Shown piece after piece: positions 17,363 to 25,089 of a stretch of DNA of 25,089 nt (positions are counted from its first letter, which is position 1; each line of letters starts with the position of its first letter). The position numbers and the translations under genes were made by a program. The notes below the pieces were generated by a model. That model did not search any database and was not told where the DNA came from. It saw only the letters and a program-made list of their open reading frames with translations. This DNA comes from Verrucomicrobiota bacterium (GTDB lineage Bacteria; Verrucomicrobiota; Verrucomicrobiia; Opitutales; Cerasicoccaceae). The stretch covers positions 1-25,089 of the forward strand of contig JBCBUK010000027.1 of the NCBI GenBank assembly GCA_039818205.1, given 5' to 3'.

Positions 17363-17447
17363 CAACGTGAACGTGGCGGTTATTCCGCCAGGTTGCCGGA
17401 AATGAACCTTCAAGGAATTCTGACAGGTTGGATTTCTGTCGCCGACC

Positions 17448-17499
17448 GGGAGTTACTCCCCGTCTTCGCGTGTGCCTTGCGAGGGTAATCCCCATTGTC
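17448..17499 (+). promoter_or_regulatory. Conserved upstream element, copy A
   Basis: GGGAGTTACTC-cc-CGTCTTCGCGTG-nnn-CTTGCG-N11-CATTGTC, colinear with copy B. Confidence 0.7.
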
Positions 17500-17529
17500 A
17501 TGGTATCGAAAACTGTGACGGAGAGAGCG

Positions 17530-18519
17530 ATGACGATGAAGAGGGAGACCCTAATCTCTCACATGCGCGAGGCGGCGGTGGTTGTTGGAAGAATCGAAAA
17601 GACCAATGAGCGTTACATCAGGTCTGACCTTGCAGCGAATCTGAGCTACATAAATGCGGCAATGATTGTCGGGTATGACACGTTGCGCCGCGCCACAGAA
17701 CCGTCCGACTTCGATACGGCACTGAAGCTTTGGGACACCATCGACGATCACGCTCCTCGTCTGCGGGAAGATAGCGATTCCAACGAAGAGAAGCTCGCAT
17801 CCCTCATTCAAACACTGAAGCCACAGTTTGATAGTTATTTTCATTATTGGAACAACAGCTACTCGGCTGCGGGGGTCGTAAAGGATAAAGAGGTCATCGG
17901 ATCTCTGAGGATGCCCGTCGGCCATGACTTAGCCCTGGGGTATTGCACCGAAGTGTTTAAGCTGGGGTCGGGAAGAGTACTGAAAGCCCAGTTTCACGAA
18001 GAACACCCGATGGAGCTCCGGATAGAGCCCGTCGAAAACGGCTCCCTGTTTCACTTCAGAGAGCTTTATGTTCCAGACGGGTTCGTTCCGGCCGAATTGA
18101 CTCTCATCAGCACCGACACCACCGCAAAATCATGCGTCATTCATTTCGATGCTGCTGGAGAGTTCTTTTATAAGCTCATGCACCAGATCGAAGCGTACGA
18201 GAACCGTGCAGACGACCAAGATGTCGACATCAAGACGATGAATAGCATCGACATCCCTCTCGAAGTCGTCGATTTCGGACTGGACCGTCGTGTTTTCCTG
18301 ACGGATGGCGGCGAGTCATTCCATCCGGTCTACTATAACGGCGAGAGCGTCGGCCAAATGGAGGACTGGGAAGTGCCTAAATACGTGACGGCGGCAAACG
18401 CGAATTCGAAGCCTGCTGAAGAACTCGAAATCAAGAAACCGGCGACTGGCATTACCCCTCCCCCGGGTCTCTCTAAACCAGGTGAACGGCACCGTCCCGG
18501 AAAATCGATGTCGATGTGA
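17530..18519 (+). CDS. Hypothetical protein, acidic, with a Pro/basic C-terminal tail
   Basis: Long ORF, GGAGAG RBS before ATG 17530/17536, terminator downstream. No recognised family. Confidence 0.8.
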   Translation: MTMKRETLISHMREAAVVVGRIEKTNERYIRSDLAANLSYINAAMIVGYDTLRRATEPSDFDTALKLWDTIDDHAPRLREDSDSNEEKLASLIQTLKPQFDSYFHYWNNSYSAAGVVKDKEVIGSLRMPVGHDLALGYCTEVFKLGSGRVLKAQFHEEHPMELRIEPVENGSLFHFRELYVPDGFVPAELTLISTDTTAKSCVIHFDAAGEFFYKLMHQIEAYENRADDQDVDIKTMNSIDIPLEVVDFGLDRRVFLTDGGESFHPVYYNGESVGQMEDWEVPKYVTAANANSKPAEELEIKKPATGITPPPGLSKPGERHRPGKSMSM

Positions 18520-18541
18520 TCGACTTGTCGAACACGAATTT

Positions 18542-18567
18542 AAAAGGCGGCTCCGGCCGGCTTTTTT
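18542..18567 (+). terminator. Probable intrinsic terminator
   Basis: AAAAGGCGGCTCCGGCCGGCTTTTTT: GC stem with flanking A and T tracts, shortly after the 18519 stop. Confidence 0.65.
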
Positions 18568-18676
18568 GATGGTGACAGCGAACCTGCAAGGATTTCTTGC
18601 ACGTTGGATATCGACGTCGAACCCCCAAAGATTTCGAATAGTTGGATCCTGCCGTCCCTTCTTCCTAAAACCACGT

Positions 18677-18762
18677 TTGACCTGTCGAACACGAAAGCGC
18701 AGTCGTCGGGAGTTACTCTCCGCCATCGCGTGAAACTTGCGGCACCGGGCGTCATTATCGCG
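18677..18762 (+). promoter_or_regulatory. Conserved upstream element, copy B
   Basis: TTGACCTGTCGAACACGAAA, then GGGAGTTACTC-tc-CGCCATCGCGTG (18708-18732), then CATTATCGCG. Confidence 0.75.
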
Positions 18763-18786
18763 GCTACCAGATCAAAGGAGACCGCG

Positions 18787-19926
18787 ATGACACAGGATCA
18801 GAAATCAGCCGCCAATTTTTGGGGAGCGTTCTACTACACGGAGGCCGTCGACATCCTGAAGGGTGTCCTCGGAGACAAGTTCCCGACCGCGTCCGAATAC
18901 GGACACTGCAAAGTGGAACCCGTCAACGATCCGTCCGCGCTCGTGGCTGATCTCCCGTGCGAAGTCCGCATTCATTGGGATAGCGATGTCCAGGCCACCG
19001 TGTTCGACATCGCTCAAGGAGATCTCGTCGTCCGCTTCAAGGCCGTTGATCGCGAGCTTATTGATCGCAAGGCCGTCGATATTCGGATTCCGATCCCGTA
19101 TGCGGAGCCGTTCAAGTATCTGAGCGAGAAATGCGAAGACATGCGGGCAACTGACAAAAATGGTCCCGACATCTTCGAATTCGACTTCCGCGGCGCCTTT
19201 CCCGTCTTCAGGGTAAATCATGATGACGTCATCTCTCCGTGGGTAGATACCAATGGCGATCTCATCGCGGAGCCGATTCGTTTCAAGCTGCTCCCCGCCG
19301 CCAAGATCGACCCTATCTTCGCGAACCGGAAAATTCTTTGTCGCTTCGAAGGACAGGGTTCAGACTACGTCCTTCACTTTCAGCAGAAAACGAACAAGGG
19401 AACAGTCCGATCGCTCAAACTTCCCATCGAAATCATTGGGAAAAACCGAGACCTGAACGGGTACGTTTTTGAACTCAGCCGCTGCTTTGAAATCCCGCTT
19501 CACCTGGACCGGTACATGGAAGATCGCGATCACATCGTGACGGTTGCCGAAATGCGAGATGGCTTCGCTGTTTGGAGTAGCTATGCTTATGTAACGGCTA
19601 GCGATCTGAAAATCCAATCGTCGACGGATCACTGGGAGGTCACCCCGGTCAAATCCGCCAGCGGCGACACCTCTTACGAATTCATGTTGCCCGTCACGCC
19701 GGAAAAAATGGAGAAGATGGCGGCGGAACTCGGCACCATTTCGCTTATGCGGGAGATGTCCGTCGTGATTGATGATGCCGGCGACCTGAAGCTCCAAAGT
19801 GACGTCGATTTTGACCACTGGCTGTTATCGCATTTCGCGAAACGCATTCGAACTTCGATCCAACGAGAGTTCTACCCTGTTTCTCATCGAAGCCGCCTCA
19901 AAGGATGTGATGTTGAATTCTCCTGA
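18787..19926 (+). CDS. Hypothetical beta-rich protein (379 aa)
   Basis: AAGGAG RBS before ATG 18787; long ORF; no recognised family. Confidence 0.8.
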   Translation: MTQDQKSAANFWGAFYYTEAVDILKGVLGDKFPTASEYGHCKVEPVNDPSALVADLPCEVRIHWDSDVQATVFDIAQGDLVVRFKAVDRELIDRKAVDIRIPIPYAEPFKYLSEKCEDMRATDKNGPDIFEFDFRGAFPVFRVNHDDVISPWVDTNGDLIAEPIRFKLLPAAKIDPIFANRKILCRFEGQGSDYVLHFQQKTNKGTVRSLKLPIEIIGKNRDLNGYVFELSRCFEIPLHLDRYMEDRDHIVTVAEMRDGFAVWSSYAYVTASDLKIQSSTDHWEVTPVKSASGDTSYEFMLPVTPEKMEKMAAELGTISLMREMSVVIDDAGDLKLQSDVDFDHWLLSHFAKRIRTSIQREFYPVSHRSRLKGCDVEFS

Positions 19927-19987
19927 GAGGGCCTGGAGATCCGAGCCTTCGGCATGGGAAGCCCTAGCTACCTCCCCTTCGAGGTTG

Positions 19988-20018
19988 TGGTGCATTTGTT
20001 AGCAAATCACCATATACT
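19988..20018 (+). promoter_or_regulatory. Putative TA promoter with overlapping operator
   Basis: Imperfect inverted repeat TGGTG(C)ATTTG..CAAATCACCA (19988-20012) abutting a -10-like TATACT (20013-20018), upstream of the antitoxin. Confidence 0.55.
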
Positions 20019-20039
20019 GGCAGAAAGGAAGGATCCTCC

Positions 20040-20549
20040 ATGGCGAAAGCACAGGACAAAACGACCTCAGGCCGTCGCCGATCTGCGGCCGGAGCCACCA
20101 CTGTCACGACACCGAAATCCGGCCGTGCCGAAGGCATCCAGAAGTGGGCCGTCAAATCCGGCAAGGAGCTGGTGGGTTCGGTCGTGGAAGTCGTCGATGT
20201 CCGGCCCGGCGGCCGCCTCGTTGTGCGCGAAACAAAGCACCAAGGACAAAAGGTCAAGGTCTATCGACTCAAGGGTGGCGCTATCCGGAAATCCAGCCGG
20301 CGCGTGGTGATGATCGCCGAAACGCCGGAAGCCGCAAAGCTGTCTCTCCAGCACATCAACCAGGAAGCCAACGAGATCGTTGCCCGGGTTGTCGATTGGG
20401 CTGGCGGCGAAGACGAGGCCTGGAAATGGTATCGCGCACACCCGATTCCTGCGTTCGGTGATCGGACTGCGGAATCGTTGGTGAAGACCGGCAACGCAGA
20501 GCAAGTGCGCGAATATCTTGATGCCGTCGCAACCGGCGCTTTCTCATAA
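20040..20549 (+). CDS. Antitoxin with Xre/MbcA/ParS-type C-terminal toxin-binding domain
   Basis: AWKWYRAHPIPAFGDRTAESLVKTGNAEQVREYLDAVATGAFS signature; 3 bp upstream of a RES gene. Confidence 0.88.
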   Translation: MAKAQDKTTSGRRRSAAGATTVTTPKSGRAEGIQKWAVKSGKELVGSVVEVVDVRPGGRLVVRETKHQGQKVKVYRLKGGAIRKSSRRVVMIAETPEAAKLSLQHINQEANEIVARVVDWAGGEDEAWKWYRAHPIPAFGDRTAESLVKTGNAEQVREYLDAVATGAFS

Positions 20550-20552
20550 TCA

Positions 20553-21089
20553 GTGAAGGCTCAAGGGGCATATTATCGTGGACACGATCCACGATGGTCG
20601 TGGGCAGCCACGTCAGGCGAAGGCGCTCGCCTTCATGGCGGTCGATGGAATGCCGTCGGCACCCCTGCCCTGTATCTGGCCTCGTCTCTTGACGGCGTGA
20701 TCTCGGAAATGACCCAAGGCTTCGCGAACCGCATGGAGCCGCTGACGCTCGTACAATACAACGTCGACTGCGAAGACATCGTCGATCTCACGGATCCCGA
20801 CGTGCGAGCAACTCTTGGGATTGATGTCGCTGACATGTCGGGTGCATGGAAACCTCTCCCTGGTGACGACACCATTCCACCAACTTGGGACATCGCCGAC
20901 GCACTGATAGAGAGCGAAGCCGCTGGCATCATTGTGCCGTCGTTCGCTCCCGGTGCGAAGCCGGAGCATCACAATCTCGTCCTCTGGGATTGGTCCGATG
21001 AGCTGCCCCACCAAGTACACGTTCACGATCCTGCCGGAAAGCTCCCAAAAGACGACAGCTCCTGGCGAACTGACGCGGACGGGCAGTAG
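20553..21089 (+). CDS. RES-domain toxin (MbcT/ParT-like, NAD+-targeting)
   Basis: YYR, SGEGARLHGGRWN, ALYLAS...SE, GIIVPS and NLVLW motifs. Confidence 0.92.
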   Translation: MKAQGAYYRGHDPRWSWAATSGEGARLHGGRWNAVGTPALYLASSLDGVISEMTQGFANRMEPLTLVQYNVDCEDIVDLTDPDVRATLGIDVADMSGAWKPLPGDDTIPPTWDIADALIESEAAGIIVPSFAPGAKPEHHNLVLWDWSDELPHQVHVHDPAGKLPKDDSSWRTDADGQ

Positions 21090-21111
21090 GCTTTTGCCAG
21101 CGTTGCTATAA

Positions 21112-21179
21112 TCGACATGTCGAACATGAAAAGAGAGGGGTGGCTTCAGCTACTTTTATTTGCTGGCGGGGAGTTACTC
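21112..21179 (+). promoter_or_regulatory. Conserved upstream element, copy C (longer internal spacing)
   Basis: TCGACATGTCGAACATGAAA at 21112 and GGGAGTTACTC at 21169-21179. Confidence 0.65.
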
Positions 21180-21310
21180 ATTGCGTTCGAATGATCTCAT
21201 CAAGCGATCTGGATACCTTGCAGCCAAGTGGGCTTTGCGGGCTTCGGTCGCTGGACACCGGATCCGCTCGTTGACACGATGACAGTATTGCACCTGAGGA
21301 ACCGCAATTG

Positions 21311-21835
21311 ATGGCGAAGGTTTTCGAAAAGCGTTTTCCCGATACCCGCGAGGCGTTGGAGTACATTGAATCTGCCGGGTGGGTTTACGCGGGCCGGAAG
21401 GGGATTTTCCGGAAGTATGACAAATACACCGGTTCCAGCATTTACAAATGGCAGGGAGCCGACACTCACTCCGAGCATCGATGGATTCTCCGTCTCCAAA
21501 GTGACGGTCATGTTTCCTTGCATACCGGTCGCGACAACTCAATCGGCGGATATCCATCATTGCCTGACTGCGTTTGGCCCTCGCTGGAAGAGTTCAATTT
21601 CAGTCGTCGACTGATGTTCGAGGTCAACAGAATCTTGGAGGAACGCGAAGCCTTCATTAGCGTTGTCGGCGGAATGCGTCAGAGGACATTTGAAATCCTC
21701 CGCGATGACTCAACGGAAGCGTCCGAAATCGTGGAAACGCCGATTGCTGCACTGACATCAAAATACAGCGACAACCCGATGACTGATCAGGAAGCGAATG
21801 CGGTCGCGCAAAAGCTTATTTTCGAAATCGGCTGA
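21311..21835 (+). CDS. Hypothetical protein
   Basis: GAGGA RBS upstream of the TTG/ATG start; protein-like composition; follows element copy C. Confidence 0.7.
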   Translation: MAKVFEKRFPDTREALEYIESAGWVYAGRKGIFRKYDKYTGSSIYKWQGADTHSEHRWILRLQSDGHVSLHTGRDNSIGGYPSLPDCVWPSLEEFNFSRRLMFEVNRILEEREAFISVVGGMRQRTFEILRDDSTEASEIVETPIAALTSKYSDNPMTDQEANAVAQKLIFEIG

Positions 21836-21927
21836 TTGCTGGAACTAAAAGACTATCACCACCGCTTCACGCCCAACTGCAATGTTGCAGTTGGGTTCTC
21901 GAAGTTTGCTTCAACGCAATCACCGTC

Positions 21928-22266
21928 CTAAATGGGGCCGTACTCATTCCAGTAAATCGGATGCTCACCGTGTTTGGTGGTGAAGCCTCCCCTGGATTCG
22001 TTGTTGCCTCTTTCAGAAGGTCTTGATGCCGAACTTCCTTTAAAGATGTTTTCTGGAATCGGTATCGTGATGCCGAAGAAAGTATCCGGCATCGCCCTTC
22101 CTTCTCCGGGTGTTGGAGCCGGGGCGGGATCAGGTCGAAACACGGTTCCGGGTGGCGGGTGTTGCCGCTCGTAAATTCCGATTTCAATATCACTTGCTTG
22201 GGCGAGATTCGGCGACACGCATGTTGCCAAGACCGTCAGAAGTGTAAGCACTGATACTCTCATCAT
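21928..22266 (-). CDS. Small exported Pro-rich hypothetical protein
   Basis: GGAGG RBS before ATG 22266; signal peptide MMRVSVLTLLTVLATCVSPNLAQA|S. Confidence 0.7.
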   Translation of the reverse strand: MMRVSVLTLLTVLATCVSPNLAQASDIEIGIYERQHPPPGTVFRPDPAPAPTPGEGRAMPDTFFGITIPIPENIFKGSSASRPSERGNNESRGGFTTKHGEHPIYWNEYGPI

Positions 22267-22562
22267 CGTACCTCCGTCTGAACTCCAGCCCATATGCTCA
22301 GATGGAGAATTACATCAGATATGCAATACCTACAGTGGCGAACTCTGCCTCGCGTTGCTCAAATGCAACAAAATCAACACGCAATCGAACCTCCGAGTAA
22401 TCCGCAGTAGTTTCCGAACGCAGGAGAATTTTTGCTGCTGGCGTTTGGACCGCGCAACTGACCAGGGGGCAACCCACCTCGGCTGAATTGTGCGATAGTT
22501 CGTGCACAAAGACGGATAAGGCGCATTTTAACGTACTTCGCCCTTCGCTTTCGAAATCAATA

Positions 22563-22647
22563 TCGACATGTCGAACATAAAATCATCGGTTGTGGGAGTT
22601 ACTCACGCCATCGCGTGCGTTATGTGACATCGATCGGCAACATCGCG
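22563..22647 (+). promoter_or_regulatory. Conserved upstream element, copy D
   Basis: TCGACATGTCGAACATAAAA, GGGAGTTACTC-a-CGCCATCGCGTG (22594-22617), CAACATCGCG. The offset between the two motifs is 25 bp, as in copy B. Confidence 0.75.
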
Positions 22648-22690
22648 AGCGATGAGACCTCCTTGCACATACTCAACGGGAACAACGGGA

Positions 22691-23233
22691 ATGACAGACG
22701 AGAACGACAGCGATTTCAAATCCGGCTTCGAGTCCGGAAAGGATTTCAAAAAGAAGAGTCTGAAAGCGGCCGGCTATGCGGCCGGTGCCGCGTATAGCGT
22801 TGCGCCGTTGAAGAAAACGCTCAAAAAAGCCATTCTGATCATCGTCGCCCTGGCTGTCCTTGCTGTCGTTGGGATTGTCGGGCTGGAAGCCAAGGATGCA
22901 TATGATCGCGGCGCACGGCAGTTCGAAAGCGCGCTTGAGACGCAAAACCTATGTCGGTCAAACACCCCTGACTTCCTTCGCCTTGCTGGCAAATCATTCT
23001 CCCAATTGACCAACGTGAACGACAAGCTGATCAAGGAGAAGTGCTGGACGGTTTCCAGAGTTCAGTTTTCGGGTCCCAAATTCTGGGATGCTATCTCCAG
23101 TCCACACCGGATGTCGCGATACTTTGCAGCGGCGAAGGCGGAAGCCTACCGAAATCAAAAGATCGATGAGCGGCTGGCGGCTGATCCTCCGTACACGTCG
23201 GAAAAGTTCAAGAAAGCCTGGGACGCTGAGTAG
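22691..23233 (+). CDS. Hypothetical single-pass membrane protein
   Basis: Basic stretch, then a hydrophobic helix (AILIIVALAVLAVVGIVGL) and a two-Cys soluble domain; probable start ATG 22691. Confidence 0.75.
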   Translation: MTDENDSDFKSGFESGKDFKKKSLKAAGYAAGAAYSVAPLKKTLKKAILIIVALAVLAVVGIVGLEAKDAYDRGARQFESALETQNLCRSNTPDFLRLAGKSFSQLTNVNDKLIKEKCWTVSRVQFSGPKFWDAISSPHRMSRYFAAAKAEAYRNQKIDERLAADPPYTSEKFKKAWDAE

Positions 23234-23419
23234 CAGGCTGATCATTTTTGCCCACGCTTGCGGGGCAGTTTCGTTATTGAAACTTAACTTTGTGCTGGCG
23301 GACGAATTCGCCGGGGACGAAGGATGAGTCAGCAAACGGTGTCTCTGGTAGGCTGGCTTTAAGCAGCGCCCGGGAGTTATTCGCCCCGTTTCTTTTGATT
23401 TTGTAACGTGGCATCTGAT

Positions 23420-23454
23420 AGCAACAAGGTCGGCTAAGAGCCGACCTTGTTGCT
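23420..23454. terminator. Perfect 16-bp hairpin between convergent genes (probable terminator)
   Basis: AGCAACAAGGTCGGCT-AAG-AGCCGACCTTGTTGCT, 8 bp beyond the stop of the 23463-23714 gene. Confidence 0.65.
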
Positions 23455-23462
23455 GCAATCTA

Positions 23463-23714
23463 CTACTGATCGTTCGAAGGATGAATGACCTTTGCGAGCG
23501 CCTGGAGACAACCAACAAACCAGATGATCACGTTCATCACCACAATGATCGGGACAAGTTTCAGTTGGTCGAAGGGCCCCGCCCCGGCAACTGCCTGGAG
23601 AAGGTGGTCACGGCTGTCTTCCAAGCGTCTCAGGGCGCGTTCACCTTCCGCGAGTTCCTCACGGAATTCCTGATACTCGAGCTCTTCTGTCTTCTTTACA
23701 GTCTCATCATCCAT
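23463..23714 (-). CDS. Small protein with an acidic coiled coil and a C-terminal TM helix
   Basis: AAGGAG RBS; EELEYQEFREELAEGERALRRLE followed by LVPIIVVMNVIIWFVGCL. Confidence 0.7.
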   Translation of the reverse strand: MDDETVKKTEELEYQEFREELAEGERALRRLEDSRDHLLQAVAGAGPFDQLKLVPIIVVMNVIIWFVGCLQALAKVIHPSNDQ

Positions 23715-23738
23715 GAGTGCTCCTTGTCCGCCGCAGCC

Positions 23739-23975
23739 TCAAGTATGAACGCCAAAACCTGGTTGTAAAGCTGGTTTGGCGGATATCCCCACGGCCCACA
23801 TTGTTTCGGCAAATCGGCGAGCGCGCTTGGAGAGCGGCCCCAACCGCCTCTTTCGTGGCTTCAGGGAATTGCCTGCATCGTTCACAATCATCAGCCCCCA
23901 ATTGATACCTAAATGGTGACTGCGCAATCGTTGAAGGAGTTTTCGATGCCGAATAATGATCTTGGCCATTTTCAA
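23739..23975 (-). CDS. Possible small basic hypothetical protein
   Basis: Co-oriented just upstream of the 23714 gene; no clear RBS or motif. Confidence 0.3.
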   Translation of the reverse strand: MKMAKIIIRHRKLLQRLRSHHLGINWGLMIVNDAGNSLKPRKRRLGPLSKRARRFAETMWAVGISAKPALQPGFGVHT

Positions 23976-24447
23976 CTAAATGCAGTGTCTCATTTCTGGA
24001 GCAACGAAGGAGATAAACAGTTCCCGGACGAACAGGCAACTAGCCTGCCGTTCGGTTTCCAAAACCCATCCCCAAGTGAATGGAATCGAGGTGATTTCAC
24101 GTAAAACAACCTTCTCGAAGCTCTGGCCAAAGCCGGATACGAGGGTTGCGCGACTGCGGTCATTTGTGCTCCGTAGATCCGCAGTAGCCCGCATGAAGAT
24201 CGGATCCACCGTACGGACAACCATCACATCAACTAGATTAGAGTAGTCCTCCACTTTTTGCGGCAATCATCGTTGACGAAATCGCTACGAGTTTATCGTC
24301 GTTTTGGAAACACGATTGCTTTCAAGGGAGCCTGTGCGCAACTATTACTTTAATGTTTGCCTGATGCACTGCGCATGGTACAAAATAGGAACATCAACTA
24401 AAAGAAGGCAGCGACTCATTTCTACAACTATTAAAAATCTTAAAAAG

Positions 24448-25089
24448 ATGATTGCTTACTTTGCTCCAAAGGAGACTAAACACGCCTCTGCCTATGTAGA
24501 CCTCGCTCCAACGGACAAAGCCGACGAGACAGGGATTTATACAGGGGCACTATTAGAAGCCACGAGAAACAAAAACGTCTTTAATATTGCGCTAACCGGT
24601 CCTTATGGCTCTGGGAAAAGCAGCATTATTAAGACCTTCCTCAATAGATATAGAAAATTACTTTTTTTAAAGAAGCCAGTTTTGCAAATTTCTTTAGCCG
24701 CTTTCTTGCCGGAAGCAGACGCAACTGGCGGCAAGGTAAGTAAACAGGAAATTGAAAGAAGTATCCTCCAGCAAATGCTGTACGGGGCGGACGCAAATAA
24801 GCTTCCGCTATCAAGGTTCAAACGAATTCAATCACCTAAATGGTGGGCATGGATTGTATCGCTGTTCATCATCTTGGGAATTGCGGCTTGTTGGCACTTG
24901 ATCCAACAGCGTGCAGAGCTCTTGGACGGTTCGTTTTTTAAACCCTTTGATGAAACCAACTGGTTCAATCTGACATGTTTTACGATTGGTTTTCTTTTTG
25001 TTTGGAAGACCCTTCATCACATTTACATCAAGAGTTTTGGTGTTTCGCTTAAAAGTATTTCTCTCAAAAACATCGAAATCACGCCAGAG
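24448..25089 (+). CDS. YobI-family (KAP-like) P-loop NTPase, 5' part (truncated by window; not in ORF track)
   Basis: My translation: DLAP...NIALTGPYGSGKSSII (Walker A)...ISLAAF...EIERSILQQMLY...LPLSRFKRI, then two hydrophobic helices. The frame is also open from ATG 24364, so the start is uncertain. Confidence 0.85.
   Translation, partial: MIAYFAPKETKHASAYVDLAPTDKADETGIYTGALLEATRNKNVFNIALTGPYGSGKSSIIKTFLNRYRKLLFLKKPVLQISLAAFLPEADATGGKVSKQEIERSILQQMLYGADANKLPLSRFKRIQSPKWWAWIVSLFIILGIAACWHLIQQRAELLDGSFFKPFDETNWFNLTCFTIGFLFVWKTLHHIYIKSFGVSLKSISLKNIEITPE

Noticed and set aside
18787..19926. Beta sliding clamp (similar length, beta-rich)
   Set aside because: No recognisable DnaN sequence motifs; length alone is not evidence.
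17448..22647. Frpo-type single-strand promoters for the + strand orphan genes
   Set aside because: The predicted T-strand is their coding strand, not the template, and I saw no long fold-back containing -35/-10 in these leaders.

Overview
Segment of a probable alphaproteobacterial conjugative or mobilizable plasmid (host assignment is inferred from the IS types and gene families). Left to right: a partial IS3-family element; a complete IS481-family element with a TCTAGG target duplication; an AT-richer acid-resistance module (gadC-gadB plus a Crp/Fnr regulator) carrying three perfect TGTTA-N6-TAACA palindromes; topoisomerase III; a secreted protein with three Cys/His repeats; a 1706-aa MOBF relaxase-helicase-Toprim fusion with an RHH accessory gene; and a MOBF-type oriT with predicted nic at 15752/15753. 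Just past nic are a hairpin-dense stretch and a roughly 1.2-kb non-coding, hierarchically organised repeat array (about 32 helically phased 11-12-mers in four degenerate super-units). Then come several orphan genes sharing a conserved upstream element (TCGACWTGTCGAACA ... GGGAGTTACTC-CGCCATCGCGTG), a RES-Xre/MbcA-type toxin-antitoxin pair, and the 5' part of a YobI-type P-loop NTPase missed by the ORF track. The best candidates for undescribed biology are the oriT-adjacent array, the repeated-leader orphan gene set, and the Crp variant with its inferred TGTTA-N6-TAACA gad regulon.
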